A stretch of DNA of 64,000 nucleotides. Origin: a bacterium. GTDB lineage: Bacteria; Patescibacteriota; Minisyncoccia; Phycocordibacterales; UBA2100. The notes below the pieces were generated by a model. That model was not told the origin of the DNA. It made no database searches and saw only the letters and a list, made by a program, of their open reading frames with translations. Where the stretch lies: assembly GCA_009924895.1 (NCBI GenBank), contig RFQR01000002.1, positions 1,368 through 65,367 on the forward strand. Direction: 5' to 3'. The position numbers and the translations under genes were made by a program. This document shows positions 37,675 through 47,753 of the stretch, piece after piece; position 1 is the stretch's first letter; every line of letters begins with the position of its first letter.

Positions 37675-38613
37675 CTAGTTTCCCTCAGCTTTAATCCACA
37701 GATAGATATCTTCAAGCGCTTTTACCGCATCGCCTGCAGCAATGTTGTTTTGGTGGTAGAGCCCATCGATGCAGTCGCCGGCAGCCCAAATACCAACGTG
37801 CGAAGTGCGCATAGAGCGGTGATCCGAGATTTTGATGCGACCAAACTGGTCGCGTTCTACGACGTTTTTAACCAAATCGGTTGCCGGAATTATACCAATC
37901 TCAACAAAAATACCAGAGCAGGGAATCGTGGTGCGCTCACCACTTTTTGTATGTTCAACCACCACTGACTCAACAAATACCGAGCCGGTCACTTCAACCG
38001 GAACGACATTCGTGAGTATTGTTGCATTCGGGTGTGCTCGGACTGCATCGACGGTTTTTGGGTCTGCTTTTGAAATATCGGCACTACGAGAGAGGAGGGT
38101 GACTGATTTTGCATAGGCAAGAAGCTGTGCTGCGGTCTCAAAACCAGCATTGCCTGCACCCACAACTACGGTATCAGTTCCGGCAAAAAGAGGCCCATCG
38201 CATGAGGCGCAGTAGACAACGCCCTTGTTTTCAAATTGCTCCGCCCCGGGTACGGTTAGTTTACGCCGCGCGCCACCTGTTGTGATGAGGACCGCTTTTG
38301 CGATCACTGACTCTGTGCCAACAGTGATATTGAACGAGTCGTCGATTTTTTCTACTAACTGCGCACGCACGCCTGTCTTTAACGTAACGTATGGATCCGC
38401 GTATTCGCGTACATGCTTTTCAAGTGATTTTGCAAGATCAGCTCCTGATATATGCGGGGTACCAATCCAATTTTGAATATCAGGTGATTCGATACTTTGT
38501 CCGTCGAAACTCTCGGTAATGAATATAGTTTTGAGTTGTTTGCGCGCGGCATAGACTGCTGCCGAGCAGCCTGCAGGCCCACCTCCAATAATTGCAAGAT
38601 CAAAATTTACCAT
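37675..38613 (-). CDS. trxB: Thioredoxin reductase (AhpF-C-like)
   Basis: GGGPAG, CASCD, GAGNAG, AAGD. Confidence 0.85.
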   Translation of the reverse strand: MVNFDLAIIGGGPAGCSAAVYAARKQLKTIFITESFDGQSIESPDIQNWIGTPHISGADLAKSLEKHVREYADPYVTLKTGVRAQLVEKIDDSFNITVGTESVIAKAVLITTGGARRKLTVPGAEQFENKGVVYCASCDGPLFAGTDTVVVGAGNAGFETAAQLLAYAKSVTLLSRSADISKADPKTVDAVRAHPNATILTNVVPVEVTGSVFVESVVVEHTKSGERTTIPCSGIFVEIGIIPATDLVKNVVERDQFGRIKISDHRSMRTSHVGIWAAGDCIDGLYHQNNIAAGDAVKALEDIYLWIKAEGN

Positions 38614-38622
38614 GAAAGATAC

Positions 38623-39840
38623 CTATTTTCTCCGTAAGAATGAAGGGAGGCCACCCCACGGGTCTTCTTCGTCTATCTCGGGCGCTGCTGTTTTATCACT
38701 TTTTATGACATCTTTGAGCGGTTCTTTTGCTTTTTCTTTTTCAAGAATTGATGCCGGAGTTGCTTGTTTTTTTGCAATCTCTTCTCGCTCAGCTGCCTTT
38801 GCCGGTGGAACTTCAACTTCTTTGCGGGGAGGGAGTTTGTTAGGGACGAAAAGCGGCATGCCTTTCACTTGTGGAATGTTGCCCTCAGGGAAGCCTGTTG
38901 CGATAACGGTGACACGCACCTGGCTTTTCTTGAGTGAGTCGTCAGTAACAGCACCGAAGATGACTTTTGCCTCTGGGTCAATTGCTTCAGTAATAACAGC
39001 TGCTGCGTCTTGGATTTCAAGCATGCCAAGATCGTCGCTGCCAGCGACTGAGAAGAGCACACCTTTTGCTCCCGTGATTGAGACGTCGAGAAGCGGCGAT
39101 GAAATTGCTGCTTTTGCCGCTTCGGTTGCGCGTCGCTCGCCGATTGCTTCGCCGATACCCATAAGTGCCGAGCCCGCATTTTGCATGACTGAGCGCACAT
39201 CAGCAAAGTCGACGTTAATGATGCCGGTCGTGGTGATGAGATCGGAAATACCCTCGACTGCTTGTTTCAAAATGTCATCACACATACCGAATGCATTCTT
39301 GATTCCGGTATCGCGTGAGACGACTGAGAGCAGCTTGTCGTTCGGAACAATAATAATGGCATCGACTGCTTTGCGCAGTTCCGAAAGGCCTTGGTCTGCA
39401 AGACGCGAGCGCACCTGGCCCTCAAATCCAAACGGCTTTGTTACTACGCCGACAGTGAGTGCGCCCAGGTCGCGCGCGATTTTCGCAACAACGGGCGCAG
39501 CGCCAGTCCCGGTGCCACCGCCCATGCCGCAGGTGATAAATACCATATCAGAACCACGAAGAGCTTCTTGGATTTCTTCACGCGTCTCTTCTGCCGATTG
39601 CTTGCCAAGTTCCGGGTTCATGCCGGTCCCCAAACCGCGCGTTAGCGTTTTTCCAATATGAATCTTTTTGCTCGCTTTTGATTTATGCAAATCTTGCGCA
39701 TCGGTGTTTATTGCGATGAAGTCAACGCCCTCGACATTGGATGAAACCATGTGGTTCACGGCGTTCCCGCCTGAGCCGCCAACGCCCACGACGCGGATTC
39801 GCGCGAACGACTCTACATCTGATTTTACCTGTTTACTCAT
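38623..39840 (-). CDS. ftsZ: Cell division protein FtsZ
   Basis: GGGTGTG, NVDFAD, C-terminal PSFLRRK. Confidence 0.98.
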   Translation of the reverse strand: MSKQVKSDVESFARIRVVGVGGSGGNAVNHMVSSNVEGVDFIAINTDAQDLHKSKASKKIHIGKTLTRGLGTGMNPELGKQSAEETREEIQEALRGSDMVFITCGMGGGTGTGAAPVVAKIARDLGALTVGVVTKPFGFEGQVRSRLADQGLSELRKAVDAIIIVPNDKLLSVVSRDTGIKNAFGMCDDILKQAVEGISDLITTTGIINVDFADVRSVMQNAGSALMGIGEAIGERRATEAAKAAISSPLLDVSITGAKGVLFSVAGSDDLGMLEIQDAAAVITEAIDPEAKVIFGAVTDDSLKKSQVRVTVIATGFPEGNIPQVKGMPLFVPNKLPPRKEVEVPPAKAAEREEIAKKQATPASILEKEKAKEPLKDVIKSDKTAAPEIDEEDPWGGLPSFLRRK

Positions 39841-39925
39841 AGAATGTGCAGTGAAGAAATAGTACCGACATAGTATCAGATTTTAGAAGTGCACATTATT
39901 GACACAATGCGCTGAGCGTTACTTT

Positions 39926-41101
39926 CTATGGGAGCAACGAAGCGCCGAATTGCTTTATTGCAGCCCAGGCATCGCGAAACACATCGCGAAATGAGGTTAC
40001 TTCTTTCTGGATATCTTCATAAAATGCCCAGCGACAGAGTCCGTATGCTACTGCCCATGACGCATCGGTGGGACCGGCGGTGCGCAGTGAAAGGTTGAGG
40101 CCCACCTGGGATGGTATTTTGAGTACGGCACGGGCAATGTCAACACCACTCATCACACTTGAACCGCCACCCGTTAAGACAATACCTGCGGGAAGGAGTT
40201 GGTGTCTACCGATGGTTTTTAGGTGTGCTGCTATCAGCGTAAACATATCTTTTACTCGGCTGTGAACGACGTGCTGCATTTTTTTGGAAGGAATATCACT
40301 TCCGAGGATGGTGCCGCGTTTCATCTGTTCAGCATCGGAGAGAGGAATTTGAAATGAGAGTGCAAGGCTGTGCGTGATCTCGTTTGAACCAATAGGAAAA
40401 ATTTTTACCGAAATCGGAACATCGTTGTCAAAAACGATGATTGAAAGCGTCTCAGAGCCGATATTTGCAAGCGCGACTCCTGCGGAGCGCTGCGCTTTAG
40501 TCAGCGTCGTAAGGCTTGCCGCAATTGGTGATGCGACAATATGCTCAACTTCAATCCCTGTTGCCTCGACCGCCGCCATTAGATCATCGTGGTGCTTCTC
40601 AAGCATGGTAACAAGAAGCGTATCGACCGAGAGTTTGGCACCTTGTAAGCCCTCGGGCGTGCCCAGTACTTTGTTGCCGTCGACTCGGTATTCGAGGGGG
40701 AGCGTGTGAACGATGGTACGGTTGATAAGGCGCGGCGCAGAGCGCTTTTCGCTCTCACGCAAAACACGTTCAATGTCGCGTTCGGTTACAACACCCCCCG
40801 AAGGAGTAAGCGTGACCTCGCCCGTTGCGCGCAATTCGTCGAGTCCGACTCCGCCGATTGCAACGCTTGCACTGTGTACTTTTACTTTTGCATTTCCTTG
40901 CGCACGTTCCAGCGCCTCTTTGATGCATTTTGTGGCTTCAGTGCTATCGACAATGTACCCATGTCGCAGTCCGCGCGAAACGGCAGTGCCGGTGCCGATA
41001 ACATGCAGTGGTCCGTCAGCGGATTCGGGCGCAGCTGCAATCGCCACTTTAACGTGGTAGGTACCAATATCGATTCCCGTATAGACACGGCGGAGCATCA
41101 T
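39926..41101 (-). CDS. ftsA: Cell division protein FtsA
   Basis: GIDIGT, VLTGGG; upstream of ftsZ. Confidence 0.9.
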   Translation of the reverse strand: MMLRRVYTGIDIGTYHVKVAIAAAPESADGPLHVIGTGTAVSRGLRHGYIVDSTEATKCIKEALERAQGNAKVKVHSASVAIGGVGLDELRATGEVTLTPSGGVVTERDIERVLRESEKRSAPRLINRTIVHTLPLEYRVDGNKVLGTPEGLQGAKLSVDTLLVTMLEKHHDDLMAAVEATGIEVEHIVASPIAASLTTLTKAQRSAGVALANIGSETLSIIVFDNDVPISVKIFPIGSNEITHSLALSFQIPLSDAEQMKRGTILGSDIPSKKMQHVVHSRVKDMFTLIAAHLKTIGRHQLLPAGIVLTGGGSSVMSGVDIARAVLKIPSQVGLNLSLRTAGPTDASWAVAYGLCRWAFYEDIQKEVTSFRDVFRDAWAAIKQFGASLLP

Positions 41102-41155
41102 CTCATTGTACTGTTCTTTTGAAAAAAAGACTGCCCGTACTCTGGGGATAGGGGC

Positions 41156-41587
41156 TTACCGAAAGTGTGCGCGAGTTGCAGCTTCAAGCCGATCCATAGC
41201 ACCGCCATGGTCATACCCTTTCAAGTGGTAGCAGCCGTGAACAAAAAGGAGAATAAGGCGCTCTTTCAGGGTTGTTTTGTATCTGCGCGCCTCACGCTCT
41301 GCCTTGCGGATGTTCAGAATGATTTCGCCGTTGTGGGCGTCGAGTTCAAATGAGAGAACGTTCGGAGAGTAGGTCTTTTTACGAGTCTCAGTGTTTATGC
41401 GACGCGCGAGAGTGTCGCCACAGATAACAAGAGAGAGCGAGTATGAAGTACCCAGGACTGATCGTGCGATACGCTCAAATGGAATCGGGGGAATAGGGCT
41501 ACGGACGGTTGAGTGTAGCTCAACCGTCCGTAGTGTGTCTTTTTTAGTATGAGACTCGTTCCCTGAAGTTTTCTGAGAATGTGCCAT
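41156..41587 (-). CDS. ybeY: Endoribonuclease YbeY
   Basis: NVLSF, HGCYHLKGYDH. Confidence 0.88.
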   Translation of the reverse strand: MAHSQKTSGNESHTKKDTLRTVELHSTVRSPIPPIPFERIARSVLGTSYSLSLVICGDTLARRINTETRKKTYSPNVLSFELDAHNGEIILNIRKAEREARRYKTTLKERLILLFVHGCYHLKGYDHGGAMDRLEAATRAHFR

Positions 41588-41597
41588 GGTGGGACTC

Positions 41598-41697
41598 GTC
41601 CGCCTAAACTTTTCAGCGATACAAATGGGTTTACGACTCTCTATTAGGACGCTTACATTCTGTGACTAACGCTCGTTATCAAAAAGTTGTGGCGGAC
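41598..41697. repeat. MITE-like 100-bp element with terminal inverted repeats
   Basis: GTCCGCCTAAACTTTT ... AAAAGTTGTGGCGGAC (14/16). Confidence 0.5.
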
Positions 41698-42017
41698 TAG
41701 CGCGCAACAGGAGTTGCATCGCCAAGACCGGTTTTAGAGGGTACTGAGTCGCGAACGGTATTTGGCTTCTCTTCGCGGGTAAACTTACGTGCGGTTTCAA
41801 CGACCTTGCCCTCCTTGAGCAATTTAAAGTAGTTTGCGGTGTATTTGATACGCTTGAGAGCTTTTTTCTTCGTCACTGCTTTTGAAAGCGAGCGCGAGTG
41901 GTAGCGGATGGTGCGTGAGTTTTTAACAATACCAGTACCCTGCACGCGGCGGGTGAATTTGCGCAGCAAAGAAAGCATATTCTCGCCTGGATTTTTTGTG
42001 ACTTCTACATTGACCAT
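41697..42017 (-). CDS. rpsU: Ribosomal protein bS21-like with C-terminal extension
   Basis: VEV..GEN..SLLRKFTRRVQ..G....R..RY. Confidence 0.65.
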   Translation of the reverse strand: MVNVEVTKNPGENMLSLLRKFTRRVQGTGIVKNSRTIRYHSRSLSKAVTKKKALKRIKYTANYFKLLKEGKVVETARKFTREEKPNTVRDSVPSKTGLGDATPVAR

Positions 42018-42059
42018 GTCGGCACACTCTACCACAAAAGAGCGCAGTAATGCAAGGAG

Positions 42060-43238
42060 TTATGCAGTGACACCGATCCGATGCCTCCTGAGATACGAAA
42101 CCAGGTCTTCTATTGGAACTGCTTCTTGAGAATTGGTAAATGTTTCGCGTACGAGAATAGTACCTTCCATGGCTTCTTTGTGGCCCAAAATGAGCATAAA
42201 GGGTGTGGCGAGCTCTTTTGCTTTGTGCATCTGGTCACCCATACGCTCGTACATCAGGGACTGATGTACGGGAATAGATTCGCGGCGCAGGAGTTCGAGG
42301 ACTTTGAGGGCACGGCGGCGCGATTCGGTCCCGAGGTGTGCAAAGAAAATCGAGGCGTTCGGTTTTTGTTCTGAACGAGCTTTCGTCTTACCGTGGATCT
42401 CACAGGAAATTGAGGCAATTGCGGAAGGAACCGGTGATCCGGTAACGCGCGCAGTCAAGGGGTCGTACCGTCCACCAAAGACTATTGGAATCGTTGCGCC
42501 AGTTTCTTGATCCTTTGTGGAGAGCTCAAAGAGGGTGTGAGACCAGCATTCTCGACTGCCTAAGAGGCGCGGATTGAGTTCGTAGGGCATCGACATTGCT
42601 TCGAGGTACTCAATGATGTCCCAAAAGCGGCGGCGCTCTTCTTCAATCAGATACTCGACGCTCTGCGGCGCGCGAGCAAGGCCTGGGTGTTCGCGCTCAA
42701 TGAGTTGCACGAGGGTGCCGAGCGGGTCTTGCGCCGCTCGAGGACGCAGTGCCGGCGCGATGCTCTCGACATGTTTACGCAAAAAAGTGCCAACATCGCG
42801 TACAAAACGGTTTGATGATTCGTGCGTACCAATTGAATTAAGTGTGAGCGTTCGTTTCTCCACGCCTGCTTCTGCCGCGATTGCATCTGAGACAACAATA
42901 AGGAGCGCCTCGGCGATAGGAAGTGGCGTGCCAATCACGTGCAGTTCGAGGGTGACATTGTCAGGGCGTTCGCCGCCGCGCGGGGTCGCCATGCGCCATA
43001 CCATAAGTGCACGTTGGCTGCTTTTGAGATTTGCGCAGTGTTTTGCAGATGCCGCGAGTGTACGCTCGTCCCGGCGTGCAAAATTGATGTCGCCGTGGGA
43101 AATTCTTTTCTCGTCACGATTTTTTTCACGGGGTGGAACAGTGTCTGCGGGTACGAAACCATAGTACTCTGCGACTGAAATTGCTGATGAAAGAAACCCG
43201 GCAGTATTTTCATGTTTGGTGTCGCGGATTCGGATCAT
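42060..43238 (-). CDS. Degenerate HisRS/HisZ-like paralog
   Basis: GGRYDPL motif 3 and anticodon-binding C-domain; motif 2 and histidine-binding loop degenerate. Confidence 0.7.
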   Translation of the reverse strand: MIRIRDTKHENTAGFLSSAISVAEYYGFVPADTVPPREKNRDEKRISHGDINFARRDERTLAASAKHCANLKSSQRALMVWRMATPRGGERPDNVTLELHVIGTPLPIAEALLIVVSDAIAAEAGVEKRTLTLNSIGTHESSNRFVRDVGTFLRKHVESIAPALRPRAAQDPLGTLVQLIEREHPGLARAPQSVEYLIEEERRRFWDIIEYLEAMSMPYELNPRLLGSRECWSHTLFELSTKDQETGATIPIVFGGRYDPLTARVTGSPVPSAIASISCEIHGKTKARSEQKPNASIFFAHLGTESRRRALKVLELLRRESIPVHQSLMYERMGDQMHKAKELATPFMLILGHKEAMEGTILVRETFTNSQEAVPIEDLVSYLRRHRIGVTA

Positions 43239-43266
43239 AAGAGTGGAAAGTTTGTGTAAGGTTTAC

Positions 43267-43359
43267 CCGCCTAAATTTTTAAAAAAGAAGTATACGCACA
43301 CTAGTGTGTAATTCGGTATGGTCTGACTGATTAGTTAATAACATGTAAAATTTTGGCGG
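43267..43359. repeat. MITE-like 93-bp element with terminal inverted repeats
   Basis: CCGCCTAAATTTT ... AAAATTTTGGCGG (12/13), similar to the 41598 termini. Confidence 0.45.
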
Positions 43360-43371
43360 ATTTAGTGTTTC

Positions 43372-43956
43372 CTAATAACGCGCTTCACCGGGTAAAAAAT
43401 CGATCAAGGTGAGAGGGTAGAGTCGCACCAACACCTTTCCTACGATGTCAGCACGAGGAAGGACGCCCCAAGTGCGCGAATCAGACGATACATGACGATT
43501 GTCTCCGAGCACAAAATACTCGCCATTTCGCAGCTGGATCTCTTGGTCAGTCGGTCCACCGTAATTATTCGCGTCAAGATAGGGCTCAGAAAGTGTTTTT
43601 GGCTCAGAACCGGGGGTCGTGACAGTTACTTTGTTGTCTCTGACAGTGATTGTGTCTCCCGGAAGGCCAACCAAGCGCTTGATGAGTGCTCTGCTTTCGT
43701 TTTGTGGGAGATCAAGCACGATAACATCGCCACGAGTGGGCTCGCTGAAGCGGTATGAGACCTTGTCGATAAGTAAATAATGATAGTTATCAAAGGTCGG
43801 TTCCATAGAAGCTCCGACGACGATGTAGGGAGCGATAATAAAGGTGCGCACAATGAGTGCGATTGCTCCGGCAAGAAAAAGATATGCGAGAAAGCTACCC
43901 CAACTTTCGGAGGATTGATCCGATGAAGACGAAACTTCAAACATCGAATCTGACAT
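43372..43956 (-). CDS. lepB: Signal peptidase I
   Basis: GASMEPT, IKRLVGLPGD, GDNR..SSDSR. Confidence 0.93.
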   Translation of the reverse strand: MSDSMFEVSSSSDQSSESWGSFLAYLFLAGAIALIVRTFIIAPYIVVGASMEPTFDNYHYLLIDKVSYRFSEPTRGDVIVLDLPQNESRALIKRLVGLPGDTITVRDNKVTVTTPGSEPKTLSEPYLDANNYGGPTDQEIQLRNGEYFVLGDNRHVSSDSRTWGVLPRADIVGKVLVRLYPLTLIDFLPGEARY

Positions 43957-44103
43957 GTGCGAAAGTATATCGAATGTACTTCATTGACACAAAGAGCAAA
44001 CGTGTGTTGTACAACGAAAAAAATATTTTTTTCTGATTTTTAAAAAAATTTTTACAAAAAAAGTGAGCGTGCAGATTTTTTTATGCGTGCTAGCATGAAA
44101 TTC

Positions 44104-44688
44104 ATGAATTACGTCATTGTCGGTCTCGGAAATCCTGGAAATGAGTACGAACACACGCGCCATAATGCGGGGAGAGAGGCGGTTGAGTACTTTGCAAAGA
44201 AAAATGACGCATCAGAATGGAAAGAAGATGCAAAAAGCGAAGCAACGGTCGCAAAAGTAGGGAAAACTGTTCTTGTTTTGCCTGATACGTTCATGAATAA
44301 GTCGGGAAGTGCGGTGGTAAAGCATGTAAAGAGTGTAAAAGCAGCGGAAAATCTCGTCGTAGTGTATGACGATCTTGATTTGCCGCTCGGAAAGGTGAAA
44401 ATCTCGTTTAATCGCGGTAGCGGCGGACACAAAGGAATCGAGTCCATTACTCGCGCCGTGAAAACGCAGAAATTTGTCCGCATTCGGATCGGTGTTTCTC
44501 CTGCAACCTCAAGCGGTAAGCTCAAAAAACCGGATAGAGAGGAGAAAGTGATAGATTTTATTCTCGGGAAATTCAAGCCGGCAGAACAAGATGCGCTCAA
44601 AAAGGTCTATAAGGTCGTTGCGGGGGCAATTCGGGAGATTATCGAAGAGGGGAGACTCGTGGCGATGAATCATTACAATAGTGTTTGA
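44104..44688 (+). CDS. pth: Peptidyl-tRNA hydrolase
   Basis: VGLGNPG, TRHNAG, FMNKSG, GGHKG. Confidence 0.93.
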   Translation: MNYVIVGLGNPGNEYEHTRHNAGREAVEYFAKKNDASEWKEDAKSEATVAKVGKTVLVLPDTFMNKSGSAVVKHVKSVKAAENLVVVYDDLDLPLGKVKISFNRGSGGHKGIESITRAVKTQKFVRIRIGVSPATSSGKLKKPDREEKVIDFILGKFKPAEQDALKKVYKVVAGAIREIIEEGRLVAMNHYNSV

Positions 44689-44751
44689 TTGACTTTTTCT
44701 GTCGCTTGTATTAGGGTGCACGAAGACTTAACCACAGAAGCGAGGTGACCA

Positions 44752-45282
44752 ATGCTGACACTGAACAAACATCCTTCACCCTCGTGGGGCTTATTTCTTG
44801 ATAACGGCACTATCCCAAACTCGCGGCACCCTGTTCTCGTGTATAAAAACGCATTCGACTTCACTGATCGCTCAAGTGTATATCGAGAAGTTGAGGTGCA
44901 TGTTTCTGCACACGGGTGGCGTCTCGAGTGGGAGTGGAGGATTTACCGATATACACACTGGCACAGTACCGCTCACGAAGCGCTTGCGTGTATCGAAGGA
45001 GATGCTGTTGTCGAAGTGGGTGGTCCTCAATATGGAGAAGAATACAATGTGATTCCCGGGACGATCATGGTTATTCCTGCTGGTGTTGCCCATCGAAATA
45101 AACGATACTCTTCGGACTTTAAAGTTCTGGGAATGTATCCGGAAGAACAGAAATGGAATTTGATAAAAGGAGCACGTACCTTTTCTCCAATTGGTCGCCG
45201 GCAGAGTCGAAAAGTGCCGGTACCGCGTGCTGATCCGTTCTTTGGTCCTAAAGGCCCACTTACGAAGTTGTGGCATGAATGA
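44752..45282 (+). CDS. Cupin (YjlB-like)
   Basis: HWHSTAHE, IPAGVAH, DP..G..GPL. Confidence 0.8.
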   Translation: MLTLNKHPSPSWGLFLDNGTIPNSRHPVLVYKNAFDFTDRSSVYREVEVHVSAHGWRLEWEWRIYRYTHWHSTAHEALACIEGDAVVEVGGPQYGEEYNVIPGTIMVIPAGVAHRNKRYSSDFKVLGMYPEEQKWNLIKGARTFSPIGRRQSRKVPVPRADPFFGPKGPLTKLWHE

Positions 45283-45283
45283 A

Positions 45284-45315
45284 AAGCGGGCGGGTGCAAT
45301 AGCGCCCGCCCGCTT
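45284..45315. terminator. Bidirectional terminator
   Basis: AAGCGGGCGGGTGC-AATA-GCGCCCGCCCGCTT between convergent genes. Confidence 0.65.
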
Positions 45316-45336
45316 CTCTTTTTTCTGAATGAAACC

Positions 45337-46431
45337 TTAGCTCATCGGTTTCAATGTCATACGACGCTCTTTTGGTTCGAAGAAGGTAATCGTGAATGGA
45401 TATACTTTTCCGAGCTCGAGCTTTGCGCGCAAATCTTGCTCGTTTGCGAATTCTGACACATGTACCAAGCCTGCAACACCTTCTTCGATAGAAGCGAGCG
45501 CGCCGTGCTTGTTATGTTTGATGACAATAGCTTCGACTTTCTGATCTTTTGTGTACTTCGAAGCAGCAACTTTCCACGGATCATCCTTAAGTGCTTTGAT
45601 TGAGAGTGAGACCTTGCCATCTTTTACTTCGATGACCTTCACCTTCACTTTTTCGCCCACCTTGTAACGGGTACGAGGATTCTCGACGAGCGCCCAGTCC
45701 ATTTCTGAAATATGCACCAAACCTTCGAGACCTTCTTCGATTTTCACAAAGACACCGAAATCGGTTGCGCCGGTTACAACGCCTTCCATGGTTTCGCCCA
45801 CGGTATATTTCTCGACAAGTGTTGAGCGCTCCGAAGTACCAGCACCCTTCTCGCTAAAGATAAGTTTTTGTTCTTTTGGAGAAGCGGTGATAACCTGAAC
45901 TTCGAGTTTCTGACCAATCAATTTCTTGAGCTCGACAAAAATCTTATCCTTGTCGCCATCGGGCACGCGTGGATAGTGCGCTGAGCCGAGCTGTGATGCA
46001 GGGAGAAATCCTTGGATGCCGTTCCAGGTAATGATAAGGCCTCCTTTGTTCGCATCCGCGATAGGAAGTTCAAATACTTTCTTTTCTTCGACTGCTTTCT
46101 CTGCTTCACTCCACATGAGCGCTTGGCGCGCTTCGCGCAGCGAAAGTTCGATGTAACCGTCTTCGTTTTCTGCATGAACGACCTTTGCGGCAACGGTGTC
46201 GCCCACATGCACATTCTTCAAGGTCTCACGTGCTGATAAGTATTCACGACCAAAAATAAGACCGGTACCAAACGGATGCAGATCTACAAAAATACGAGCG
46301 CGACCAACAGCGACGACCGGTCCTTCGACTACGTCGCCCACCGCGGGACGCTTCGGTGCGTTTGCAAGGAGCTCGTGCACCGGTGCTTCGACTGCTTCAA
46401 CCTCAGAAACTACTTCTTTTTCTTTTGTCAT
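45337..46431 (-). CDS. rpsA: 30S ribosomal protein S1 (four S1 domains)
   Basis: NKGGL, GFLPASQ, FGVFV, GLVHISE. Confidence 0.9.
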   Translation of the reverse strand: MTKEKEVVSEVEAVEAPVHELLANAPKRPAVGDVVEGPVVAVGRARIFVDLHPFGTGLIFGREYLSARETLKNVHVGDTVAAKVVHAENEDGYIELSLREARQALMWSEAEKAVEEKKVFELPIADANKGGLIITWNGIQGFLPASQLGSAHYPRVPDGDKDKIFVELKKLIGQKLEVQVITASPKEQKLIFSEKGAGTSERSTLVEKYTVGETMEGVVTGATDFGVFVKIEEGLEGLVHISEMDWALVENPRTRYKVGEKVKVKVIEVKDGKVSLSIKALKDDPWKVAASKYTKDQKVEAIVIKHNKHGALASIEEGVAGLVHVSEFANEQDLRAKLELGKVYPFTITFFEPKERRMTLKPMS

Positions 46432-46831
46432 GTTTGAGTGCGGACTTTGAGTGGAGGTTTCATGCGAGCTATGCTCGCCGACCTCTATTCATACCTCAAA
46501 GTGTTTACCCGCTAAAGTAATAATAAAAGCTCCGTGAGGAGCTAGAGAAATATACCGAAAGAATGCCGAGAATGCAAGAAAAAGTGAGGGCCCGCTCGCA
46601 TAGCGGACCCTCGGCACTTACTGCGGTGGACTTGCCATCTCTGGCCCTCCTGTCCGAGCGTGCTGTCATTTTTTGATGAGCTTTCTCAGCTCAAGGCGTT
46701 TCTACCTCCTCAAGGTAGTGCATTAAACGCTTCCTTCCGGTTGCGGTGATGCTGCCAACTCCCAGGGGGAGTGCGTGAAGTTGTGTCATCTTCACTTTTG
46801 CGCGTCAAGCCGTATGCGGTATACTCTCACC

Positions 46832-47452
46832 ATGATTCTTACCTACCACACTGGTTCTTGTATCAAAGCCACTTCAGGCGACACATCCATTGTCTTCGGC
46901 CCTGTTTCAAAAGAGTCTAAAGCATTTAAGCCGACTAATTTTGGCGTTGACGTTGCACTCATCTCGGTGAATCACGCTGATATGAATGGTGCAGCAGAAG
47001 CAGCGCGTGGTGAGAAGCAGCCGTTTGTCATTTCCGGTCCCGGAGAATACGAACTTAAAGATATTACGGTGAGTGGTTTTGGCTCAACTTCTGGGTGGGG
47101 TAAGGAAGAACGCATCAATACCGTGTATTCAATCACCTTTGACGGACTCCATGTGCTCTACTGTGGCGCCTTGAATACGACTGATTTACCTGAAGAACTT
47201 GTTGAGATGGATGCGCCCGACGTACTTATTGTGCCGATTGGCGGAGAAGGGATGCTTGATCCGGCGGGGGCACAAAAACTCTCGGTGAAACTTGAGGCAA
47301 AAATCGTGATCCCCGTTCTCTTTGATGCTGCATCACTCAAGACTTTTTTGAAGGAGGCTGGCGCAGAAGGAACGAAGGCGGTTGATAAGCTTACTCTTAA
47401 AGTAAAAGATATTGTTGATAAGCAAAACGAAGTTGTTGTATTGGAGGCGTGA
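46832..47452 (+). CDS. MBL-fold protein (Lactamase_B_3-like)
   Basis: GPGEYE, DVLIVPIGG, KIVIP; metal motif partly degenerate. Confidence 0.7.
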   Translation: MILTYHTGSCIKATSGDTSIVFGPVSKESKAFKPTNFGVDVALISVNHADMNGAAEAARGEKQPFVISGPGEYELKDITVSGFGSTSGWGKEERINTVYSITFDGLHVLYCGALNTTDLPEELVEMDAPDVLIVPIGGEGMLDPAGAQKLSVKLEAKIVIPVLFDAASLKTFLKEAGAEGTKAVDKLTLKVKDIVDKQNEVVVLEA

Positions 47453-47482
47453 TGCCCAGAAAAAATACGCTACAATAGCGGC

Positions 47483-47689
47483 ATGGTTGTTCGTCGCGCT
47501 GTTGAACATTTGCGAACAAGACCGCATCACGAGCGTCACGCGGTTGCGCTCACTATCTCTGTTGCGATTATGGCAGTACTCTTTTTTGCTTGGGGATATT
47601 TCTTTTTCGCTCGGCTGCAAGAGCAAGAGACGGTACCGGTTGAGGCGCAGCCGGCAGCAGCGGCTGCGCCTTTCGTCAACCAAATCTAG
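47483..47689 (+). CDS. Small single-TM hypothetical protein
   Basis: 68 aa with TM, upstream of gyrA. Confidence 0.55.
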   Translation: MVVRRAVEHLRTRPHHERHAVALTISVAIMAVLFFAWGYFFFARLQEQETVPVEAQPAAAAAPFVNQI

Positions 47690-47753
47690 CATATGGCATT
47701 TACGAGGGTGCTGTGGTGGCGCTCTCGTATTTTTTTGATACACTACTTCCACC

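Noticed and set aside
38612-39661. 349-aa + strand ORF
   Set aside because: Antisense shadow of ftsZ.
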